Positions 10,557-21,939 of a stretch of 64,000 nucleotides of DNA are shown in pieces. The stretch lies in assembly GCA_009103225.1 (NCBI GenBank), contig RHPI01001010.1, positions 1-64,000 of the forward strand. Direction: 5' to 3'. The number at the start of each line of letters is the position of its first letter. The stretch's first letter is position 1. The position numbers and the translations under genes were made by a program. The notes beneath the pieces were generated by a model. It searched no databases. It was given only the letters and a program-made list of their open reading frames with translations, and was not told the origin of the DNA. This DNA comes from Chlorokybus atmophyticus. Its lineage: Eukaryota > Plantae > Mesostigma and Chlorokybus algae.

Positions 10557-12281
10557 ATGAGCAGGCCCACCCCCTTCTCGCTAATAGAAAAAGGGAACCT
10601 CAACAGCTGGAGCCCAACCTCCAACCTTACCTACGAGCGCGCAAGTGAAGGGAGCGATTACCGTAGCAGCAGAGGCTCACGCCCCGTCTCCGGCTTCACC
10701 TCCTCTCACTCCACTCCTCGACAACGAGCATCTTCACCACCGTCGGACAGTGACGACGAGGAGATGGAGCCTTCCAGCTCAACCAACTCCCTACGCTTCT
10801 CCGGACGCCCTGGCACCACCTCACTTGACGAGTTTTCATCAAGTTCCACTCCAAGATGCGACAGCAAGCCCTCAAGAGCAATGACTGGACAGATGAGGTA
10901 TCGTTTCATGTGTCTGCTCAATACCTTGATCATGAAGCACATGATGTGTGGAAGTCCGTCGTTGAGTTGCACAACATTGATGGCTATGGCGAATTGGCCA
11001 GCACAATATCCTCCACGTCACTGCATAGCCCATCGGTTACTGTCCCTGTAGCAGCGGCCCCGCCAGCCTCAGTCACGGGTCTCACTGTAGCTGCAGCCAT
11101 GGAGAAGGCAGAGAATGAAGAAGTTGAGGTGGTAGTGGCCTCATTGACTCCTGCAGAGATCGAAAGCAAGAAGGCCGAGCGCCGGATCAGGGTACTCAAC
11201 CGCACCGCTGCCATCATCAGGGAGCAACAAGAGGAGCAGCAAGCTGCAGCATTGGAGATGGGTACGCCCCTGCTACCAACACCGAACTCGCGTGCTCCAG
11301 CAGGAGGCAGCGTTTCACCCTCGGCTCAGTGGCATTGCGTGCACCCGCGCTTACGGTGGGCGCGGCCAGGTCGGCCTCCCCGTTGAAGGACCTCTACGCC
11401 GCACTCCGGCGCACCTTCCCACCTCAAACCAACAGCAAGGTGGAGGAGTTGAGGCGTTTTCGACGGAAGCCCAACGAGGACCCTCTCCGACTGTATTCAC
11501 GGAAGGGTTGCTTAAAGACACTGATTACAAGATCGTCAGTGAGGAGGCGGCAGCAGTGGTGTATGTGACCGAGTTGGATCCCACCCTGAGCGAGTCAACG
11601 CGCCTGACGCTGAGCTACAGCAGGCCCCTCGGCTACACCCTCAAGGAAGCTTTTGAGACTGCACAAGCCATCCATAAGCGCGCAGTGTATGAGAAAGCGG
11701 TGCTGGACACCAAGCGCAGTGCCTCGCGGCCTATGGCAGGCACAAGTGCAGAGCCTCTTCAGCGGGACCGCAGCCGAGAGCCGCAAGGCATTCACAACAA
11801 GGATAAACGGTCAGCTCATGCTGCCCTTGTGGCTCCAGTGCTGTGCCACCGGTGTGGTCGACATGGCCACTACAAAAAGGAGTGCACCGAAAATTACGGC
11901 AACCTTGTGTGCGACTACTGCCACAAGACGGGACACTTGGAGACAGTAGGCTGGCTCAAGTTCCCTGAGTTGCGGCCCTCTATTGGCTACAACAACGGCA
12001 ACAACGCTGTTGGCTACCGCGGCAACAGCAAAAACAACGGGGGCTACAACAACAGCAACCATGCTGGCGGCTACAACAACAGCAACAACGCTGGTGGTCG
12101 CAACAATGGCAACAACGCTGGTGGCCACAACCCCAACAACAACAACAACGCCGGGGCCCGCAAGGAAGAAGCTGGCTACAGAGGGAAAAACCGCCCTCCA
12201 CAGCACAAAGGATCTGAGGGACGTCCTCGCGCTGGAGCTGCTGCTGTAAAGGCACCAACCAATCCACCAGCTTTTGACTAA
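10557..12281 (+). pseudogene. gag: Gag with two CCHC-type zinc knuckles and an Asn/Gly-rich tail
   Basis: CHRCGRHGHYKKEC and CDYCHKTGH; frameshifts near 10850 and 11350. Confidence 0.75.
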
Positions 12282-14659
12282 GTGGCAGCCCTGATGGCGC
12301 GTGTGGCACAGCTGGAGGAGAACAAGGAGCAGGACTATCAAGCCTGCTATGCTACTAGGTGGGCACTGATGGCACCAAAACGGGATAGGGACACTCCCAC
12401 ACCGTCACGCGTACAACCATCAAGACGTGCGCGCAGGGAAGCTGGCGCGTCGTCAACAGCGGCATTGTCGGACGCCACAAGTGGTGCTGCCTCGGCAGCC
12501 ACAACCACTGCTGGGACGAGACCGTCGGCGTCCACACCGACCATGACAGCAGGTGCCAGCACTCTTGGCACCACGCTGTCCCCGGTGATGGAAAGCACCC
12601 ACGCCGCAACAACCATGGTCGTTGGGTTCGTGGGTGGTGAATCCACCACTCCTGCCTCCATTGAAGCGACCACACCGGTCACAACTGCTGCCACCCTCAC
12701 AGCCGCCACCTCAGTAACGACAACTGCTGCAGGTGCCACCACCATCGCCTCCAGTAGTGCTGCCACACCCACTGCACCACTTCCTGAGATTCGAACGGCA
12801 CCGCCACCAGCACTTGACGTCACACAGCAAGTGCCACGCGGACCACAAGCAGAACGCGCCTGGGCGTCGGTTCTACGCAACGTGGAGCCCACCACCATTG
12901 CGTACGGACCAGGGGGGCAATGCACCACGCGCGTGGCACGCGATGATCGCATCTTGCCCCTACCACCTCCAGAGTACCACACGCTACTGGAACCCACACA
13001 ACAGCAGCTGGAGGATGAAATCCTCGTCGGCACTGCACCACAGATGAGGGATCGTCTCTTCGGGGTCACCTACCGGCGACCTGCAGTATTAGAGCTGGCC
13101 ATTCAGTTGTTCTTGGCATTACACGCACGATTGTAGGGCGCACCCAGTCTAATGCGGCAACCCATGCCCGCTCAACAGATCGACTTCGAGCCCTCACCAC
13201 TGGACCCACTCGGACTCCAGCGCCACAATATACAAGACCTCGTGGTCACCATGTCAGACATCGCGCTGGGCACTGATCCCGCTCTCCGAGGGCTCACTCC
13301 AGGCAGCCGTCAAGAGCGGTTCTTTGCCCTTGAACAGGCACATCGTTATCAGGTGGACCAAGCTGCCTAAGTGGACGCGCGCCGACAGGCGTACGAAGCA
13401 GCACACGCCGTTATCGTACCAACCGTAGCTCCGGCAAATGTTGCCAGCGCCTCCACGGCGCTGACCACAGGGTACTTCACGGCAGTCGCCATCGAACAGC
13501 CAAGACAAGCAACTGTTGCAGACCAAGCGAGGGCGTTGGCGCAACAATTGAGGGGGGTAATCGCCCCGCTGCTGCCTCCTTTGGTCGAAGACATGCCTGA
13601 GGATTAACGCGATGCAGGGCGAGGGTACCTCACCCCGCAAGGGGACACCACACAACGAGGAGGAGCTGGTATGGTGGGGGAGCAACAACTCCGTACCGCA
13701 CTCATTCGGCAAGCCGTTATGTTGCACAGGCCTGAGGGCAACACATTAAGACAAATGATGGGGATGCGAAAGGGCAGCGCCGCTCGAGCCCGTTTCGTGA
13801 CATGGCTCGTTGCTAATCACCCTGCTGTCCCCATGTTGCCTTTGGCAACCGAGCATCATGGTTGGGGGCATTCGTTCGTTTGCTGCGACAAGCATACAAC
13901 GAGGCTGCCACCACAGCCCCGGACACGCTGGAGGGAGTGCAAGAGGCAATGCTGCGGCTGCCAGGGGTGGAAGCCGCACGACAACGGCGGCGCATCGCCA
14001 TTGCTCATGAGCTACACACACAGCAGATTGACCTCCAGCGCACCCTCCCCGCGCGCGCGCCATGACCGTGCTCGATGTGGGGGTGGTACAAGGAAGGTGG
14101 GATGCCTACATGGCAAGGATCTTGCGAGTCCCCACCATCACCCACCCATGCGGCGACATCTACTACGCGCCGTATATCTGCAGCCCATGCCTTTAATATC
14201 ATCACTGGACCGACATGGACACCGAGCCCACAGCCACGTGGGAAGGGACGTTGGTCAGAGAAGCGGCTCATGCTGTCCGATGGACGTACGCCGCGGAGCA
14301 AGCTGAACGCGAGGCAGGCCCACAAACACCGGGTCCATCGGGGTTTCCTTCACAGCCATTGGGTACACCCGCGGGCATGATTCCATCTTCGCAGAGGCGG
14401 CATCCACCTGCGCCGCCACCACAACCGGCGCCGGAACCTCCAGCACCGAGGCCCCCCCGTGTCTACCAACCACCACGACAATGTCGGTTTGGCAGAGGGA
14501 GAGGGCAAGGAGGGGGTTCTCCGGACCCAGCAGGCAGAGGAGCTCTAGCTGCAATGCGCTCAGCACCCCCAGCTGAGAGATCTGAGGCAAAGGTGCAGAC
14601 AACTCGTATGAAGAGGCTGCGCATCAACGCCAATGCTGCCATGGTGGCCAACCAAGGCA

Positions 14660-14960
14660 AGCACGTTACCATTAATGGCCTGGCACCCAAGCGAGTGATG
14701 TTGGATACCGGAGCATAGCATGTCATCATCGGGCGCTTCCTCGCGCGGTCGCTCGGCATAACCAGCTCCGACTTGGTGCCTTGCCCGTACGTGTTGGACA
14801 CTGCCACAGGTAGCCGAGATAAGGTGATGGGAGTCACCAGGGAGGCCTTTTGCATTCGGTTGACAGGGCTGGACCCAACCCACACAACCGAGATCGTCCA
14901 GCAATGTGTGGTCACCAATACCGGCTCCTTCGACTTTCTGCTTGGGCAGGACTTCAACTT
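14660..14960 (+). pseudogene. Retroviral-type aspartic protease
   Basis: VMLDTGA*HVIIG and FDFLLGQDF; stop at 14716. Confidence 0.8.
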
Positions 14961-15435
14961 CCTTGTGGGCATGGGCCTCGACTGCTGGACAGAGCGAGCG
15001 TGGTTTTGGCCACATTGGGATGAGGATGACGGAGAGGTGCAGGGTTTCCTGCCTCTCGAGTTGGTCTCGCGCACGTGCGCCCAACGCAAAGTGGCTGCCG
15101 TGGCCACACGCAGCCACGCCCGCACACGGGAGGCTGCAACGGCCACATACGACGGCGCTCGGACGCAAGTCGCTGCTGGTGCCACGGTCCCGTGTCAAAC
15201 CGTTGACTCCTCTCCCACCCCGTACAACGAGGAGCAGGAGGATGCCACCGTGGAAGTAGCATTACAAGACCCAGCTGAACGGCGCTGGCGCGCACAGGTG
15301 GACGCACACGTCTTGCTCAGCCATCCACTGATCACCACGCGCTTCCCCAACTACCAAAGCCACAACAAGGTGCAGGACCACCATATGGTGGCCACCGGAG
15401 TGGTGGAGTTCCACACCTTTCGCAGGCAACAGGGC

Positions 15436-16385
15436 ATCACAGTGTTGGAGCTGTTTGGAGGTATTAGCAGTGGTCTTGCTGCGGTCCTCAACACGGGTGT
15501 GAAGGTTGTTAAATACTATTACTGCGACCCAGACCCACACGCGCAAACGGTCCTCAAGCACCACTTACGCCAACTGCACGAAAGGTATTCACATCAACTA
15601 CCCCTCTCGGCGTTGCAAGGCAGCCTCAAAGCATTGCCACAAGACATCCGGCTGCTCACCGAAGATCACCTACTCTCCCTCGGCAACGTCGACCTATTAA
15701 TAGTTGGGTGGAAATGCCAAGGGCACTCCAGGGCAGGCAAGGGGCAAGGCCTCAAAAACCCTCGCTCAGGGCTGTTTTGGGAGCTGATAAGAATCATCCA
15801 CCTCCTTCAACACCACCAGATCTCCAGACCCCTGGGGTACGTCATCGAAAATGTGCATTCAAAGGACGACAAGCGTCCGCACGTGGCCTCCAGCTACCGA
15901 CAAGTTTGCTCCATTCTGGGGCACCCACTCAAGGTGAACGCTGCACGACATGGCTCGCGCGCACATCGTGTACGTGCCAAATGGACAAACTTGGCCGCCG
16001 TGGAGGAACTCATGACTGCAGAATACACGCGCAGCGCTTGGCCGCGCGACCTGCTGGTCGATGACATCCTTGACCCCGGCCGCAAAGCACAACCTGTCCT
16101 GCGTCATGACCACAACCACTTCTACCCGTGCAATCAGCCCGGTCAGCCCCGTCGCGCACTCTACACATTGGTGTCCTACCCGAGCTCTTACGCATTTCGG
16201 AACGGTGGAGACGGGATGGTGTTTGATGCGACCACCAACAGGCTGGAGGAACCCAACGCACGCAAACGTGAACGCGCCATGGGATTCTTCCCCAACAGCA
16301 TCACGGGCTCATCGCTGACAGATAGTCAGCAATGCCAGCTGCTTGGCCGCGCCATGGAACAGAACAGCATGGTATGGCTGTTGGA
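15436..16385 (+). CDS. DNMT3-like C5 cytosine methyltransferase domain embedded in pol
   Basis: Motif I VLELFGGIS; IV DLLIVGWKCQ (catalytic Cys at 15715); VI YVIENV; VIII AHRVRAKWTNL; IX RERAMGF; X LLGRAME. All in one uninterrupted frame (14773-16776). Confidence 0.9.
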
Positions 16386-16819
16386 GCTGAGCTTCGCATT
16401 GCAGGACCGCCACGTGTCCTTCGAGGATCTCGAACACTTGGCTAGGGGGTGGGCTGATCGCGTAGCCGACACCAAGGCAGCTCACACAACCCTCGAGGTG
16501 GTCCACATGGAGGAGCAAGCAGCGGTAACAGTGGAGGACATTCCCGTGGTTGCCAATGCAACCTCCTGGGACCATGCCATTGGCCCGTTGGCCACAGAAG
16601 ACACTCGAGAGAAGCTGGAGGCTCTCCTCAACAATTGGAGGAGCCAATTCAGCTTCAATGTGAAGGAATTGGGTACATGCTCAGTGTACCAGATGGACAT
16701 CGAGCAGGTGGACACGGAGCCGATGTTATGGCGGCAATACAGGCTCTCCAAGTCGAAAGAGGACCTGGTGGAATAGAGATGTAAGGCTGCCGGATGCAGG
16801 CCTTATTCAAGAGTCCACA

Positions 16820-17920
16820 TTGGACTTCGCAGCAGCAATCGTCATGCCACTGAAGAAGGATTCAGCAGGCAACTGGACAGAGCGACGCATGTGTGGCGAC
16901 TATCGCCCCCTCAACAACAAGACCAAGCAAGACCGGTACCCCATGCCGACAGCAGAGGGTATCTTTGATGATGTGGGAGACTGCACAGTCTTCAGCATCC
17001 TGGACATGCGTCAAGGGTACAACCAAATCGCCATCAAGGACGAGGACAAGCACAAGACCTCTTTCTTGGGCACCCGACAGTTGTACCAATGGAAGGTAAT
17101 GCCGTTCGGGCTGAAGAATGCCCCCGCCAAGTTTCAACGCGTCATGGACAAGGCCTTGAAGGGGCTGGACTGCGCGCGGTGCTACATCGATGACATCCTC
17201 ATCTTCAGCCGCAGCAACGAGGAGCATCTTCAGCACATCGAAGCGGTGCTGGAACGACTCAAGGGAGTGGGGATGACCGTACACCCCGACAAGTGTACCT
17301 TTTCCACCCACAAGGTGCCGTACTTAAGGCACATGATTGTGCCCCATGGTGTGTATGTGCAGCAGGCAAAAGTAGAGGCTCTGGCAGCTATCCCAGCCCC
17401 ACAGACAAACCTCACACGTCTGCGCGCTTTCTTGGGACTTGCCAACTACTATCGCCGGTTCGTGAAGGACTTCGCGAAGATCGCAAGGCCCCTCAACGAG
17501 CTACTGAAGAAGGAGGTGGAGGTCGCATGGAAGAAGCCGCAACAGCAGGCCTTCGAGGAGCTGAAGAGCAGGCTCACCACCGCTCCCATCCTTCAACGTC
17601 CGGACTACGCCAAGCCTTTTATCCTTCACACCGACTGGAGCAAGCTAGGGATGGGAGCGGTGCTGGTGCAGCACGATGAGAACAAGAAGGAGCGGGTGGT
17701 GTCATACGCCAGCCGAAGCAACAACAGCGCCGAGGCCAACTACAGCAGCTACGAAGGGGAGTGCCTCGCTGCAGTGTGGGCCATCTCCTTCTTCCGACCT
17801 TTCCTCTTTGGTCGGCAGTTTCAACTGATCACCGATCATCAGCCCCTCAAGTGGCTGATGACCAACCAACATCTGACAGGGAAACTTGTTTGATGGGCCC
17901 TGCTGTTGCAGGAATACGAC
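16820..17920 (+). pseudogene. pol: Reverse transcriptase and RNase H
   Basis: RMCGDYRPLN, MPFGLKNAP, YIDDILIFS, LHTDWS, TDHQPL; frameshift near 16787 and stop at 17891. Confidence 0.95.
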
Positions 17921-18349
17921 TTCGAGATCGACCACCGCGCTGGCCTCACCAACCAAGACGCCGATGGCCTCAGTCGCAACCCTCACCTCAGCACCAACGA
18001 CGCAACTGGAGCTCGGCATGAGCTCGTCCCTGCAGCAACAGCCCCCACCATGGCAGCCATGTTTGCTGCTGCCGCGTTGCGCTCAGGGCGCAAGACCAAC
18101 ACCACGGCCTCAGCAGTGGCAGAGGAGATTTCTGCCCTTGAGCCTACCGGCCCTGCGGCAACCACACCCTTGGGAGACGCCCACGCAGCCGACATTGACG
18201 TCGATGACACAGAGCTGGCGCCCACTGACACCAGGCAGGACAAGCCATCACTCTCCTTTCTTCAAAGTGGCCAGCTTCCCTCCGGCATGAGCGCCCGAGA
18301 GAAGGACCAAGTCAACCAACGCACCCGTCACTATCGATGGGCAGGTGAC

Positions 18350-20152
18350 AAGCTATATCGCCGCTTCCATGACGAAGACAAGGAAGTGGCGACACCGGTC
18401 ATGCGCGAGGGCATCATCACTTCCCTCCACACTGAGCTTGGACACTTCGGTGTCAAGCGTACAGTCAGCCTAGTGAGGGCACAATATTGGTGGTATGGGT
18501 TAACAAAATAGGTGCAGGGGTTCGTCAGCCACTGCCAGCAGTGTGACATGGTGCGCGCCAGCCTCAACACGCGTAGCGCCACCTTGCACCCACTCCCCAT
18601 CTCCGGTCTCTTTTACCGATGGGGACTCGACATCTTGGGGGACTTGGCACCCTCAGCGCGTGGCAACCGTTACATCCTGGTCATGATCGAGCACTTCTCC
18701 AAATGGGTGGAGCTGGTACCATTACCCGACAAGAGCAGCAGGGGGGTGTCTCAAGCCTTCCTCTCTCACGTTCTCAGCCGATTTGGCAGCTGCGCCGAGG
18801 TCATCACTGACCAAGGTACTGAGTTCAGAGGGGAATTCGTGTTGAAGGTATTACATGGGTGATGCTTGTATCCGGTCAGCTTGCCCTTCATACAGGAGTC
18901 GAGGGTCGAAGGTACCAGGAAGAAGCGCGTGGGCTCCAGACTTAGCAAGACGGTCGAGTCATGACGGACTCCGGACCAGGCTGCTTGGTAGAGCCTTGGG
19001 AGAAATCGCGTAGCTTCATGGATACGTAAGCTTAGCAAGCGTGGCTTAGCTTGTTGGAAAGCTCTGGTTGTGAGCTAGATATCGTAGCTTACAGAACAGC
19101 AATCGGCTGAGTATAGCGCACGCGGTGCTTGCCAATGTAGACGTGTGTAGAGACTGGCGGGGTATAAAGCCCAGACTTGTTGTAATGAAGATGAGAGGTC
19201 ACGATGTAGCATGTGTGCGGATGCTATGGTGGCAGTAGCAGTCATGCTCTTGTGTTGATGTTGTTGGCGTGTCACTTGCACGTGTGTATGTCAACAATTC
19301 GACACCCTCTTGGACAAATGTTACATCGACCACCGCCGTACCTCGCGTGATCACCCTCAAGCCGACGGTCTCGCCGAGCGTACAGTGCAGACCATTAAGA
19401 AGGCACTCCGCAAGTACGTGCTGGAGTACGAGAAGAACACTTGGGATGACCACCTCCCGTGGTTGGCCCTTGGATATTGATTGTCAAAGCAGGCGGCTCT
19501 GCGGGAGTACAGCCCGTACTACCTGCTATTCGGGCGACCACCATTGCTCCCCTTCCGTGCGCAGCAGGAGGTGGATCGCGTCGTGAACAACCTCGACGAC
19601 CCTGACTGGATGCACCACGACATCACCACGCGCGCCGCGCTTTTCGAGCGCACCGTCCCCATGGCCTTCAACAACCTGCGCATCGCGCAGCATCGCGACA
19701 CGCTGCGCTACGAGCGCATATGCAGCGGCTTCTACAAGGAGCGCCAATGGCAATTCCAAGCGGGGGACTTTGCCTATCGCATGGCAGCCACCAAAGACAC
19801 GCTTGACACCTCCGTAGGCCGCACCGTCTACAAGGTACTCAAAGTGTACCCCACAGGGGTGCTGGACCTCCTTGGTAAAAACGGAGAGAGGTTGAAGGAC
19901 AACATGGTGAACTGTGCGCCATGTCACCTTCCGTGCGTAGCCGGCTTCGGGCGTATCCAGCACCCTCGTCCCGCGCGCAGCACACGCTGTGAACGCTGCG
20001 GCAGCGCCGGCGACGACGCACTCATGATGCTCTGCGATGGCTGCAACAAGGGCCTGCATTGCTACTGCCTGGAGCCACCTTTGGACGCGATACCTATGGA
20101 GGAGTATTGGTGCGACGATTGCCGTACCAACGGCCCTCCTCACTTGCGCTAG
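18350..20152 (+). pseudogene. Integrase (HHCC, DDE core, GPY/F) with C-terminal PHD finger at 19988-20122
   Basis: H..GHFG..C..C; WGLDI, TDQGTEF, HPQADGLAER; SPYYLLFGRPP; CERC..LCDGC..LHCYC..WCDDC (C4HC3). The frame is restored when the 462-bp solo LTR plus one TSD is removed. Confidence 0.9.
18840..19296 (+). mobile_element. Solo LTR (457 bp) inserted in the integrase
   Basis: TGTTGA...TCAACA termini; 5-bp TSD ATTCG at 18835-18839 and 19297-19301. Confidence 0.9.
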
Positions 20153-20244
20153 CAGCTGAGCTCTGGAGCTGGAACCTCCCCNNNNNNNNNNNNNNNGGGG
20201 AGGTTCCAGCTCCAGAGCTCAGCTGCCCTAAAACCTAGGGGGGG
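20153..20244. other. 29-bp inverted repeat around a 15-N gap, followed by polypurine tract AGGGGGGG
   Basis: 20153-20181 is the exact reverse complement of 20197-20225; purine run at 20237-20244. Confidence 0.6.
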
Positions 20245-20487
20245 TGGCTTGTTGACTTTGTGTGCTACAGCACAGCATGTACACTAGGGAGAACACCGAC
20301 TCCACCTGCCCGTACTACCCAGCAGCAGCAGACCAGCTGCACAAAGCACTTGTCACCATGAGGGTTGGAGTTATCTTTTGCTTTTGCTGCGCGTTACACA
20401 GGTGGCGCAGCAGCATGTCCAGCAAGCATGGTTGTCCATGCAGCTGTCCGAGACAGCGTGACCCTCGACTCCCCTCGACCCGACAGC
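20245..20487. repeat. 243-bp segment duplicated at 21072-21183 plus 27713-27848
   Basis: Near-identical sequence; this copy preserves the empty target site of the CACTA-like element. Confidence 0.8.
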
Positions 20488-21084
20488 TGTCATGCCTATC
20501 GCCCGGGCATGCCAGTCGTCATCGGGCATGCCTACAGCGAGACCCTCGCCCGGCTTACCAGCATGGCGACCCGCGCGCGTCACTGACCAGTAGCTAGGTC
20601 ATGTCTTTAGAGTAGCTCATGACCATAGCCTACATAGGCACCGCGCGTAGCTGTTCAGTTGTGAGTTCAGTTATAAGTTGGGTTCTATATCGAGTGGGGA
20701 TTTCCTGTGGAAATAGCCTCGATATGACCGTTAGCTTATGTTCTGGACAATCATGAGTTGACCTGTATAAGTAGGCACAGTGTTCACCGGATCAGCTGGT
20801 GACACTGTAAGTGAGAAAGCTAAGAGCTTGTGAAGCGACTTGAACTACGAAACACGCCGTCCCGGTTCCCCAGAATCCCCTCACCGTGTGAGAGCCTGTG
20901 CATGTTCTTGTGCACTATGCTTGTCCTTGTTGTGAGCTTGGTGTACTTGGTCGCGGGGTGCTTGTTGGCATCAGTCAGGGCATAGCATCCACGTGTTGCT
21001 TGCTCATTCACCTCACTTAACAGTGTAATTTCTCATGCAAAGAACTGTGTAAACAGCGCTACCTATAGTAGTGGCTTGTTGACT
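20488..21084 (+). repeat. 3' LTR
   Basis: Direct repeat of 9741-10345. Confidence 0.85.
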
Positions 21085-21939
21085 TTGTGTGCTACAGCAC
21101 AGCATGTACACTAGGGAGAACACCGACTCCACCTGCCCGTACTACTCAGCAGCAGCAGACCAGCTGCACAAAGCACTTGTCACCACCGGTAATTCTGGAC
21201 CCCCCGAATTTCTGAAAATTCAGCGCATTTGCCCTGAATACTCATCTGTTTTATGTGTGAACTCGCCACTTGCGTGGCTGCAGAGGTCGCTGTTACGATT
21301 GCTGACTATTCAGGCTAAATGCCCTTAATACAAGCAATGGATATTCACACGTTTTGGTCATGAATAATTGTAGTTGTCCATCTCGCACACAACCTCCTAC
21401 ATGTGAGTAGTTATTCACTCGCAACAGAACTGCATATTCAGTCTTCTTAGGTATACATGGTCCTAGACTTGTACCATGGCACCGAGTGATTATTCATACT
21501 TTGTGTGCGTAAATATTTACAGCGCCTGCCCTCACACTAGGTCCTTCTTATAGGTAATTATATTACACGCATATTGGCTTAATGTTCACACATACTAAAG
21601 CTGTTTCAACAGCACATGTACCATACTGGCGAGTGATTATTCATACGATTTGTGATTGAAGAATACAGCATATCTGCTCTCACACATAGTCCTATATATG
21701 AGTGGTTATTCACCCATAGTATGGTTGAACACTGCTGCCTTTGGTTGATTTTTCACGCAGATGATAATTAAATAATACAGCACTTCTGCTCACACACATA
21801 GTCCTACATATAAGTGGTTATTCACTCACAGTTTGGTTGAATAATTACTGCATCTTGCTATTGTCAACAGCTGTGACATAACATAGCTGTGACATAGCAC
21901 ATAGCAATCAGTCCAGCCGGTGAATTTGGACAGCAATGT

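Larger units (their letters stand above)
9741..21084 (+). mobile_element. Ty3/Gypsy LTR retrotransposon carrying a DNMT3-like methyltransferase and a PHD finger (decayed)
   Basis: Direct repeats of about 600 bp at 9741-10345 and 20488-21084 enclose gag-PR-DNMT-RT-RNaseH-INT-PHD in Ty3 order. Multiple stops and frameshifts. No TSD recognised. Confidence 0.9.

Noticed and set aside
12347-20143. Long antisense ORFs (12347-13069, 14463-15185, 19526-20143)
   Set aside because: Shadow frames of GC-rich gag-pol coding sequence.
9741-21184. DIRS/Ngaro element suggested by split and inverted repeats
   Set aside because: A DDE integrase is present and no tyrosine recombinase is seen; LTRs, a self-priming site and a local duplication explain the repeats.
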